Positions 1-7,424 of a stretch of DNA of 34,280 nt are shown in pieces; position 1 is the first letter of the stretch, and each line of letters starts with the position of its first letter. Position numbers and translations under genes: made by a program. This DNA comes from an uncultured Ignavibacteriales bacterium (GTDB lineage: Bacteria; Zixibacteria; MSB-5A5; GN15; JAAZOE01): the NCBI GenBank assembly GCA_964611355.1, contig CAZSYD010000025.1:1-34280 (forward strand). Reading direction: 5' to 3'. The notes under the pieces were generated by a model. That model was not told the origin of the DNA. It saw only the letters and a list, made by a program, of their open reading frames with translations, and did no database searches.

Positions 1-170
1 TCAAACAGCGACCAGTAATTGAACCCCCACGTATTATAACCCGGAAAGACAGAGCCGGCCATATGAATTATCGGGATGGCAAGAAAGGGAATGAGATAAA
101 TCAGAATCCTATATCTACCGCCGTCAGCGGATGAATCGGATATATATCTATTTTCTTTTCCGCCCTTCAT
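1..170 (-). CDS. Hypothetical membrane protein, 5' part only (runs off the window)
   Basis: Manual translation from ATG at 170: MKGGKENRYISDSSADGGRYRILILYLIPFLAIPIIHMAGSVFPGYNTWGFNYWSLF, open to position 1. Has a hydrophobic segment and starts 11 nt after the lyase stop. Confidence 0.55.
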   Translation of the reverse strand, partial: MKGGKENRYISDSSADGGRYRILIYLIPFLAIPIIHMAGSVFPGYNTWGFNYWSLF

Positions 171-181
171 ATGATCAATAT

Positions 182-1720
182 TCAATCATGTATAATCTTC
201 GCCAGAGGGCCGACGGCCTTTTCAACGTCCTCAAGGATTTCGCACGATTTGACCAGTTCTTTCATTCTGGTGTGATCCGCGTAGAGAGGCCGGTCTTTAT
301 CGAGGAAATCAACGTATCTACGGATAACTTCTCTGGCTTTTGTCACGCCTTTGCCGAATTTGTAATCGCGGAAATCCAAAGCCTGGGCGGCGGCCATAAG
401 CTCGATACCAAGGATACCGTATGCATTATCCAGAATCTGAAAATTCTTTATGGCCGTGTTCATTCCCATTGAGACAAAATCTTCCTGGTCGGCGGCGGCC
501 GGAATCGACTGTACTGACGCCGGTGTCGACAGGATTCGCTGTTCAACGATTAAAGAATCGGCGGTGTACTGGCTGAGCATCATCCCCGAAAACATTCCCG
601 CCCCTTTGGTTAAAAACGGTGGCAGGCCGACGCTTAAGGCTGGATTATTAAGCCGGTTCATCCGCCTTTCCGACATGACGCTGACCATTGTGATAGCCGC
701 GCCGGCCATATCCATCGGCAAAGAAACCGGCGATCCCTGGAAGTTGGCGCCTGATAATTGAAGATTTTCATCAGGGAAGAAAACCGGGTTGTCGCCGACG
801 CCGTTAAGTTCTATTTCCACCTGTGAGCGGGCGTATTCCAGGGCATCGTGAGCGGCGCCTATTACCTGGGGGGTAGAACGCATCGAGTAAGCGTCCTGAA
901 CCTTGCATTTAATTTTACCTTTGATCAGATCGCCGCCGGTAACCATTTTCAGAATGGCGTTGGCGCTTCTGACCGCGCCCTTAAAACCGCGAACCTCGTG
1001 AAGTTTGGCCGTGTAGGGCCGCATGTTGGCTTTTAACGCTTCCAGCGACATGGCCGCGGCTATTTCAGCCTGCTTCAGCCATCGGCCGGCGTCATAAAGA
1101 AAGAGAGCGCTCATGGCGGTCAGGAGATTGGAACCGTTTATCGTGGCCAGCCCGTCTCTGGCTTTCAGTCCGGGAATCTGAATGCCGGCTTTATCCATAG
1201 CTTTTTTGCCGTCCAGCAGTTCGCCGTCAAAATAGGCCTTCCCTTCGCCAAGCATCAAAAGGGCGATTTGCGACATCGGCGCCAGATCGCCGCAGGCGCC
1301 GACCGAACCTTTCTGGCAAACATACGGAGTCACGACTTGGTTGAGCATTTCCACCATTGTCTGCGTGATTTCAGGGCGGCAGCCGGAATTTCCGTGAGCG
1401 TGGACGTTGATTCGTGCCGCTATGGCGCCGCGCACATATTCAATCGGGGCCGGGTCGCCGATACCGGCCGAATGATTATATACCAAGTATCTCTGGAAAT
1501 CCTCGATCTGTTCGTCGTTGAGAATAACTTCCGAAAACTCGCCGATGCCGGTATTGACGCCATACATGATTTCTTTGGCTTTAATTTTTTGCTCCAGCAT
1601 GGCTCGGCATTTTTTTATTTTCTCAAGCGCCTCGGGGTGCAATTCGACTTTTTCATTATCCCGGGCAATGGCGACTATTTTTTCTATAGTCAGGTTCGAA
1701 CCGTCTAATGTAATGGCCAT
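182..1720 (-). CDS. hutH: Histidine/aromatic amino acid ammonia-lyase (HAL/PAL/TAL family), most likely histidase; MIO triad is Ala-Cys-Gly
   Basis: Motifs YGVNTG, NHSAG, GSVGACGDLAP, QDAYSMR, DNP, GANF and QEDFVSM. The HAL-type His and Glu are retained. AGGAG RBS upstream. Confidence 0.8.
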   Translation of the reverse strand: MAITLDGSNLTIEKIVAIARDNEKVELHPEALEKIKKCRAMLEQKIKAKEIMYGVNTGIGEFSEVILNDEQIEDFQRYLVYNHSAGIGDPAPIEYVRGAIAARINVHAHGNSGCRPEITQTMVEMLNQVVTPYVCQKGSVGACGDLAPMSQIALLMLGEGKAYFDGELLDGKKAMDKAGIQIPGLKARDGLATINGSNLLTAMSALFLYDAGRWLKQAEIAAAMSLEALKANMRPYTAKLHEVRGFKGAVRSANAILKMVTGGDLIKGKIKCKVQDAYSMRSTPQVIGAAHDALEYARSQVEIELNGVGDNPVFFPDENLQLSGANFQGSPVSLPMDMAGAAITMVSVMSERRMNRLNNPALSVGLPPFLTKGAGMFSGMMLSQYTADSLIVEQRILSTPASVQSIPAAADQEDFVSMGMNTAIKNFQILDNAYGILGIELMAAAQALDFRDYKFGKGVTKAREVIRRYVDFLDKDRPLYADHTRMKELVKSCEILEDVEKAVGPLAKIIHD

Positions 1721-1866
1721 ATTATATTGCTCCTGTTAGCTTATCAAAATTCAAAATCCTGTACGTTTCCTGTTTGGTACGGGATATATAATATCTCGCC
1801 GCCGATTTGACAATATGAGTCTCGATATTTTGCCTTGACACGCCAGAAGCCGGATTTGACTAACCT

Positions 1867-2727
1867 GTGAAAATTGCATATCTTAACAACATGATTGATG
1901 AACAGAAGATATTCATAGCTTTCGATACCGAGACTACCGGATTGACGGCAGTTGACGGCCGGATTGTCGAAATTGCGGCCCTGAAATTCGATCTCAATGG
2001 GAATATTCTCGACAGGTTCTCCGAGCTGGTCAACCCGCAGAAGAAAATCCCGGAGGACGTTATAAGGATACATCATATCACCGATGATATGGTGGCCGAC
2101 ATGCCGGGAATCGACGAAGTCCTGCCTCGATTCATCGCTTTTTTCGCAGGCGAAGAAAACATCCTGATCGCTCAGAATGCCATGTTTGACATCGGTTTCG
2201 TCAACCAGGAAGCTATCCGCAGCGATATAAAGCTTCCTCGCAATACCATAATTGACCAGATCGATCTGACCCGGAGGGTATATCCCAACCTGTTGACTTA
2301 TTCGCTGGAGAACACCTGCCGGAAATTTAATCTGACCGATACCCAGACTCACCGAGCCATGGCCGACGCGGTACTGGTAATGAAACTGTTTCTTCATTGC
2401 CTGAAACGGTTTGAAAACAAAGAGAAGACGTTAAACTCTCTCAATAGTCTTTATCATTACAGTTTCGGCGGGCCTATGGTGACAAGGATTGATGATACCA
2501 TGATGGGTATTGTCAGTCACGCGGTGGAAACGGGGGAGACACTCGAAATCGTCTATTCCGGAGGGTCGATGCGGGGTAAACCGCGGCGTATAATTCCTTC
2601 GATTATGTTCAACCGCGACGGAGTAACCTATCTTGTCGCCAAATGCCTGATCGCCAATTCAAATAAACAGTTCCGACTTGATCGCATAAAGGAATGCCGG
2701 CTGATAAACGAATCATTGCGGGTATGA
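1867..2727 (+). CDS. DnaQ-like DEDDh 3'-5' exonuclease fused to a C-terminal WYL domain
   Basis: ExoI FDTETTG, ExoII AQNAMFD, ExoIII HRAMADA. The C-terminus LEIVY..RRIIP..YLVAKC..FRLDRI is WYL-like. The start may be ATG 1891. Confidence 0.85.
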   Translation: MKIAYLNNMIDEQKIFIAFDTETTGLTAVDGRIVEIAALKFDLNGNILDRFSELVNPQKKIPEDVIRIHHITDDMVADMPGIDEVLPRFIAFFAGEENILIAQNAMFDIGFVNQEAIRSDIKLPRNTIIDQIDLTRRVYPNLLTYSLENTCRKFNLTDTQTHRAMADAVLVMKLFLHCLKRFENKEKTLNSLNSLYHYSFGGPMVTRIDDTMMGIVSHAVETGETLEIVYSGGSMRGKPRRIIPSIMFNRDGVTYLVAKCLIANSNKQFRLDRIKECRLINESLRV

Positions 2728-2794
2728 AACTCACCGGAATCGAAATTATGAGGTTTCGAACCGTTCTAAAAAAAAACTGACCAAATAGAAAAAT

Positions 2795-2827
2795 TTGCAT
2801 ACTAAAGGCTTGTTTGTCGTATATAAT
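2795..2827 (+). promoter_or_regulatory. Sigma70-like promoter
   Basis: Perfect TATAAT at 2822-2827 in an AT-rich context. TTGCAT at 2795 has a longer than canonical spacing. Confidence 0.4.
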
Positions 2828-2832
2828 AAAGT

Positions 2833-2917
2833 GGGCCGAGATTAAAGGTCTGTTGAAATGACCCCTCTCGTCCCCCCTCATTGGACCCGAAAAGCCCGCC
2901 TCCCCGGCGGGCTTTTT
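2833..2917 (+). ncRNA. Candidate small RNA or attenuator leader (no family recognised)
   Basis: Begins just after TATAAT. Extended hairpin GGGCCGAGA..GGTC/GACC..TCTCGTCCC, then a C-rich linker and an intrinsic terminator. Confidence 0.4.
2890..2917 (+). terminator. Intrinsic terminator (bidirectional-looking)
   Basis: AAAAGCCCGCC-TCCCC-GGCGGGCTTTTT perfect stem plus T-tract. Confidence 0.8.
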
Positions 2918-2994
2918 AAATATACAATGACGATAATTCAATTTTTCCTTTGGTTTTGTCAGATTTGTTTTTCTATTTTGGAGAAATGCTAAAG

Positions 2995-3867
2995 ATGAAA
3001 TGTAAAACAGCCTTGTTGTTTGGCGGTATATTTATATTCTTAGTCGTTTTTATTGCCGATGATGCCGCTTCGGCAATGGGGAAAATCCAAGAAACGGGGG
3101 AGAGTATGCAAGAAAATCATGACAGCACAGTCGCGCCTTTGATATCAAAGCTTGAAATGAGGATATTGTTTGATAACAATCCTTATGAGAAGGGATTGGA
3201 AGTTTCCTGGGGCTTTTCGTGCCTGATAAAGGGCGCCGAAAAAACGATACTTTTCGATACGGGCGGAGACGGATCGATCCTGATGGCCAATATCGAGAAG
3301 ATGGGTATAGATCCGTCTGAAATCGATCTTGTTGTTCTATCACACGACCATTTGGATCATACCGGCGGATTGTCGGCCTTTCTTGAGAAGAATAATAGCG
3401 TGCCGGTATATCTGCTTGGTTCATTCTCAGATGACCTTAAAAACAATGTGAAGGCGCGTGACGTCGAATTGAAAGAAATTTCGGCATCGACCGGTATATG
3501 CAAGAACGTTTACTCGACCGGCGAGATACGGAATAGAATAGAAGAGCAGGCGCTGGTCGTTAGAACAACCAAAGGGTGCGTGGTTATTACCGGTTGCGCT
3601 CATCCCGGAATTGTCTCAATAGTTGAGAACGCCAAAGAAATAACCGGCGACGAAATCCTCTTTGTCATGGGCGGGTTTCATTTGATTGACAAGAACCGAA
3701 AAGAGTTGGAATCAATCGTATCCGATTTCAGAGAACTCGGTGTCCGCTACGCGGCTCCCACGCATTGTTCCGGAGACGGGGCGCGGGAGATATTCAAAGA
3801 GACGTACAAGGAAAACTATGTCGAAGTCGGGGTCGGCAGAAGTATTACGCTGGATGATTTTAAGTAA
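2995..3867 (+). CDS. MBL-fold metallo-hydrolase (COG1237-like)
   Basis: WGFSCLI, ILFDTG, SHDHLDHTGG, ITGCAHPG, GGFHL and PTHCSG motifs. Start uncertain (2986, 2995 or 3106). Confidence 0.85.
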   Translation: MKCKTALLFGGIFIFLVVFIADDAASAMGKIQETGESMQENHDSTVAPLISKLEMRILFDNNPYEKGLEVSWGFSCLIKGAEKTILFDTGGDGSILMANIEKMGIDPSEIDLVVLSHDHLDHTGGLSAFLEKNNSVPVYLLGSFSDDLKNNVKARDVELKEISASTGICKNVYSTGEIRNRIEEQALVVRTTKGCVVITGCAHPGIVSIVENAKEITGDEILFVMGGFHLIDKNRKELESIVSDFRELGVRYAAPTHCSGDGAREIFKETYKENYVEVGVGRSITLDDFK

Positions 3868-3916
3868 GATTGCCGTATGTATAAACCGTTTCAGAAATCG
3901 CGAGAGCCTTTATTTT

Positions 3917-4237
3917 TTACTCATTCTCAACCACCACCGCCGTGCCGTAGCAGAGGAGTTCGGCGGCGCCCTGCATCATCGACGACGTCGTAAAACGGAT
4001 GGTGACTATGGCGTTGGCGCCCAGCTTTTCGGCCTCGGCAGTCATACGGTCAATGGCCTGCTCGCGCGATTCGGCGATCATCTTGGTATAGTCGGTTACC
4101 TCGCCCCCGATAATAGTGCGAAATTTGGCCAGCAAATCGTGTCCTATATGGCGTGCGCGAATTGTGTTGCCTTTTACCAGCCCCAGAACCCTGACGATCC
4201 GTTTACGGGGAATATCGTCCGATGTTACCATTATCAT
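3917..4237 (-). CDS. YbjQ/UPF0145 family protein
   Basis: GLVKG, IGGEV..Y, SREQA..RM..AEKLGANAIV..RF and YGTAV are family motifs. ATGA overlap with the anti-sigma gene. Confidence 0.9.
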   Translation of the reverse strand: MIMVTSDDIPRKRIVRVLGLVKGNTIRARHIGHDLLAKFRTIIGGEVTDYTKMIAESREQAIDRMTAEAEKLGANAIVTIRFTTSSMMQGAAELLCYGTAVVVENE

Positions 4238-4680
4238 CTCTGAACCTCCCGATACCTTTCGCGATGACAGGCGAATATACGTTCGCGGACTACCGAAACA
4301 AACAGGAAAACGCCGCCGACAATCAGGCCCCCGACGCCGATTTTCGGCAGGATAGCGACTGTCGGATCCATGAAGTAATCCCTGACAAGATAAAAAGCAC
4401 CGAGGCCAAGTATTATAATAGCGCCGATTGACGTGAAAATCCAGCCCAGGCCCCGTTCGATACGGCGATAGATACCCTGCCAGTATCCTTCCCAGATTTC
4501 CAAGGGCAAATCGTTGTATTTCACTTTGCCGGTAACCTCCTTGACTTTATCGAGTCGGGCCAGTTCATCGCGGCAGGCGGCGCAGTCGGCGAGATGTTTT
4601 TCGACCATCTCGAACTGATCCCGATCAAGTTCCCTGTCCTGATACCCGGCCAGAAGTTCTCTGATACGTTCACAATCCAT
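4234..4680 (-). CDS. Zinc-binding (zf-HC2/ZAS) anti-sigma factor with two TM helices
   Basis: MDC..L..Y.D.EL and HLADCAAC (HxxxCxxC) motifs, two C-terminal hydrophobic helices, directly downstream of the ECF sigma. Confidence 0.88.
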   Translation of the reverse strand: MDCERIRELLAGYQDRELDRDQFEMVEKHLADCAACRDELARLDKVKEVTGKVKYNDLPLEIWEGYWQGIYRRIERGLGWIFTSIGAIIILGLGAFYLVRDYFMDPTVAILPKIGVGGLIVGGVFLFVSVVRERIFACHRERYREVQR

Positions 4681-4687
4681 AAAGGAC

Positions 4688-5233
4688 CTAACCTTTTTCC
4701 ATCAAATTGGCCAGCCGTTTTCTGGCATAATAAAGGCGCGACATGACCGTCCCTTTGGGGATATCAAGAAGCATGGCGATTTCCTCGTAAGTCATCATGC
4801 GGAAATGATTGAGGTTGATTATTTCCCGGTCGGCGAAACTCAGTTTCCGCAACGCCAAAAACAGGCTTTTCTTTTCTTCGCGGCTCAAAAGTTCGCTCTC
4901 CGGCGTTTCCCGGTCAACCAGAAGGTGTTCAACTTCGGTCATATCGACCGTTCGCGCGCGGTTTATCTGCCGTTTACGCAGGAAATTGCGGCACAGGTTG
5001 GTTACTATGGAATAAAACCAGGGAAAGAACCGCTGCTTTTCATCGAATGTTTTGGCGGAACTGTAAACGCGCAAAAAAGCCTCCTGGGAAATATCATAGG
5101 CGTCATCGGAATTGCCGACCATACCCAGAGCCAGAAAATAGGCCTGCTTTTTATATTTTTCCACAAGGGCGGAAAGCGCCCTGACCCTGCCCCGCTTTAG
5201 CTGGGACATAAAAATGCTGTCTTCGTCGCTCAT
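4688..5233 (-). CDS. ECF RNA polymerase sigma factor (sigma-70 family)
   Basis: Region 2 DAYDISQEAFLRVY..FFPWFYSI..N and region 4 YEEIA..LDIPKGTVMSRLYYARK. Confidence 0.95.
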   Translation of the reverse strand: MSDEDSIFMSQLKRGRVRALSALVEKYKKQAYFLALGMVGNSDDAYDISQEAFLRVYSSAKTFDEKQRFFPWFYSIVTNLCRNFLRKRQINRARTVDMTEVEHLLVDRETPESELLSREEKKSLFLALRKLSFADREIINLNHFRMMTYEEIAMLLDIPKGTVMSRLYYARKRLANLMEKG

Positions 5234-5470
5234 AGGTTTCAGCTAATATACCGGAGGGGATAGATTTTATTCAATTGTTTTTCCGGCTGGGGGATAGGAC
5301 GATTTGGGTTCGTTTTGTCATTATTTCGGGGGCCCCAAACCGTATTCCCCCTGATTTGAGGCTTAGAGTTGTCGGCTCCCAATATGTATGAAGTATAAAC
5401 ATAAATCACCATAAATGCCGTTGTGGTCGGAATCAACTTAGATTTTGTAGTGATAGTGATTGCGGATAAA

Positions 5471-5554
5471 ACGCGCAGGTGCCCCGCCCATTCAGGGGTG
5501 GGGGAAGATTTCAATTAGACTAACCCCACGTCTAAAGACGTGGGGCACCCGCGT
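5471..5554. repeat. REP-doublet (REPIN-like) palindromic element, copy 1
   Basis: Two hairpins, CCCCGCCC-attcag-GGGTGGGG and CCCCACGTC-taaa-GACGTGGGG, inside inverted outer arms ACGCG..GGTGCCCC / GGGGCACC.CGCGT. Confidence 0.7.
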
Positions 5555-5577
5555 CCATCCGCTTGATTGCTTAAATA

Positions 5578-6036
5578 CTAAATGCCCAGAAGAGGCTTAA
5601 TCCACCACCCATGGATAAAGAAGAGACTATCATTCCAAAATCTAAATAGAGTGTAGGATATTATTGCAGCTGAGATTACCAGATAACCGACATATGTATT
5701 TTCTTTTTCAAGTGCTAAAATTGCTGAGATTGACAAAACGCAAGTTAAGAATCCAAGGAAGTAATAAAGGATATCAAAATCGATTTCTCTTGCAATTATA
5801 TAGATTTTTGTAAAAGAAACACAGATGGCTGCCCATGCAGAAACGACAAAGCAATTCCAAGTATTGGCTATAACCGCAGACACATAATATAATATTGGAC
5901 GCTTTATTTCGCCCGTATCGGAATTTAGAAGTAATGGGATGAATAATAACATTGGGCTTGTTAAAATCGCCAGTATGTATCGGACTATAAGACCTGCTAT
6001 TAAGGCAGTCAATAGATAGACTATTAAATTAACCAT
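5578..6036 (-). CDS. Hypothetical multi-pass membrane protein (~4 TM), AT-rich
   Basis: 152-aa ORF made mostly of hydrophobic helices. A sampled line (5701-5760) is about 33% GC. Confidence 0.7.
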   Translation of the reverse strand: MVNLIVYLLTALIAGLIVRYILAILTSPMLLFIPLLLNSDTGEIKRPILYYVSAVIANTWNCFVVSAWAAICVSFTKIYIIAREIDFDILYYFLGFLTCVLSISAILALEKENTYVGYLVISAAIISYTLFRFWNDSLFFIHGWWIKPLLGI

Positions 6037-6097
6037 ATTTCCGTCTTCCCAATATTGACTGGTACAACTTTATTGGTGAGATCTACGGACCACCCCA

Positions 6098-6168
6098 AGT
6101 GGCCACGTTTTTTGACGTGGGGTAAGTTCAATCGTCGATCCATCCCCAGCCCTGAAGGGGGGGATCCC
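6098..6168. repeat. REP-doublet (REPIN-like) element, degenerate copy 2, inverted relative to copy 1
   Basis: CCACGTTTTTTGACGTGGGGTAAGTTCAAT..TCCCCAGCCCTGAAGGGGGGGA aligns with the reverse complement of 5478-5549. Confidence 0.65.
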
Positions 6169-6188
6169 AGCTCTATTTTGTAAATCAC

Positions 6189-7028
6189 CTAATAAGCCAA
6201 TAGTTTCTTTAAGTTTTCCCAATTCCAACTATATAGGCGTCCTGCATTTGGTACCGGTGTGTAATTACCGTCTCTATACCCAATGACCTGTACAATGGGA
6301 ATGCGATTTCGGCGCGCCATTTCAACTTCCTTTAGGACACCTGCTGCCTTGTGGGTTTCAGGTCCGACCATTACGATGACAATATCAACTAATTTTATTC
6401 TTCTTTCTGCATCGGCCATCCAATTAGCTTGTGGTGCGGCTTCTTTCATTGAATAGTACGCAACCTCAAAGGGGGAATCGCCCTTCTTCGATTGACCAAT
6501 TAGAAAATGCTTCAACCGATTGTCGCTTTTGTAGTCAAAACTCAGGAAAATACGTTTCCTTAGAGTCGTGCGAGCAGAGCTTGGTGCGCGATTCTTAGCA
6601 GAAATGTCGTGGTTGAGTTTTTGTACAAAGAGTTTGGCTACCTTATCAGGAGGGGTGGCACCTTCTATATAGCCAATTGTATCCGGTATTTCAGGTATTG
6701 TCGTATCATCCAAACGAATTGGAAGAATATACTCTTTCATCTCATTGAGTGATGCTCTTTCATTAGCGAATTTCAACTCCATGCTAGTCCACATCTTCTC
6801 AGGATAGTATTTTGATATAAATACCATACAATAACGGGCAAGCACTCGGTAAACCTTGTCAAAGTAGGGCTGAAGATCCTTCCCCCAAAGAATGGATTGC
6901 TCATTCTGATCGTAGAAGACACTGATGTCGTGACGATCCAATTCGTTCGCGACAGATTCGGCGTAGTTTCTGTCCTCCCCCGCAAAAGATAGCACTACGT
7001 CGTATTCGTAATCGTTACCCTGATCCAT
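6189..7028 (-). CDS. Double TIR protein: N-terminal TIR_2-like domain plus C-terminal ThsB/DUF1863-like TIR
   Basis: N-terminal YDVVLSFAGEDR..VFYD..LWGKDL..FISKYY..WTSME..YILPIRLD. The C-terminal domain (6189-6563) reads RIFLSFDY..IVMVG..GVLKEV. Both keep a Glu at the catalytic position. Confidence 0.9.
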   Translation of the reverse strand: MDQGNDYEYDVVLSFAGEDRNYAESVANELDRHDISVFYDQNEQSILWGKDLQPYFDKVYRVLARYCMVFISKYYPEKMWTSMELKFANERASLNEMKEYILPIRLDDTTIPEIPDTIGYIEGATPPDKVAKLFVQKLNHDISAKNRAPSSARTTLRKRIFLSFDYKSDNRLKHFLIGQSKKGDSPFEVAYYSMKEAAPQANWMADAERRIKLVDIVIVMVGPETHKAAGVLKEVEMARRNRIPIVQVIGYRDGNYTPVPNAGRLYSWNWENLKKLLAY

Positions 7029-7052
7029 CTTTGATACTTCACCGCTTATGGT

Positions 7053-7424
7053 TCACTGAAGTAGTCCCTTCAAATTCTCCCAATTCCAACGGTATAGGTT
7101 ACCGGCGTTCGGAACGGCAGTATAGTTGCCATCCTTGTAGCCGATGAGCTGAACAATACGGATGTTATTCGCGCGTGCCATTTCAACTTCTTTCAGGACA
7201 CCCGGCGCACTGTGCGTCTTCGGGCCCACCATCACGATCACCAAATCGACCTTCTTGATTCGGTCTTCCGCGAATTGCTCCCAGTTGCGCTGTGGCGCAG
7301 CCTCTTTCATCGACCAGTCGGCCACGTCAAAGGGTGAATCGGGCAATCTCGACTGGCCAATAATAAAATCCTTCAACTTCTTGTCGTTGTCGAAGTCGAA
7401 GCTCACAAAAACACGCTTTTTCAT
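7053..7424 (-). CDS. ThsB-like (DUF1863/MTH538-type) TIR domain protein, 123 aa
   Basis: KRVFVSFDFDND..DWS.KE..RIKKVDLVIVMVG..T..GVLKEVEMA. ATG at 7424 has an AGGAG RBS and an ATGA overlap with the upstream TM gene. Confidence 0.85.
   Translation of the reverse strand: MKKRVFVSFDFDNDKKLKDFIIGQSRLPDSPFDVADWSMKEAAPQRNWEQFAEDRIKKVDLVIVMVGPKTHSAPGVLKEVEMARANNIRIVQLIGYKDGNYTAVPNAGNLYRWNWENLKGLLQ

Noticed and set aside
131..1739. Plus-strand ORFs over the lyase, and similar antisense or out-of-frame ORFs throughout the track (e.g. 1744-2397, 12147-12911, 24840-25721, 33255-33923)
   Set aside because: Shadows of well-supported genes, with no family motifs.
2609..2941. 110-aa minus-strand ORF
   Set aside because: Runs antisense through the terminator, the sRNA candidate and the WYL domain, with no protein-like features.
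5239..5514. 91-aa ORF upstream of the ECF sigma
   Set aside because: Starts inside the palindromic repeat, has no motifs, and overlaps the probable promoter region.
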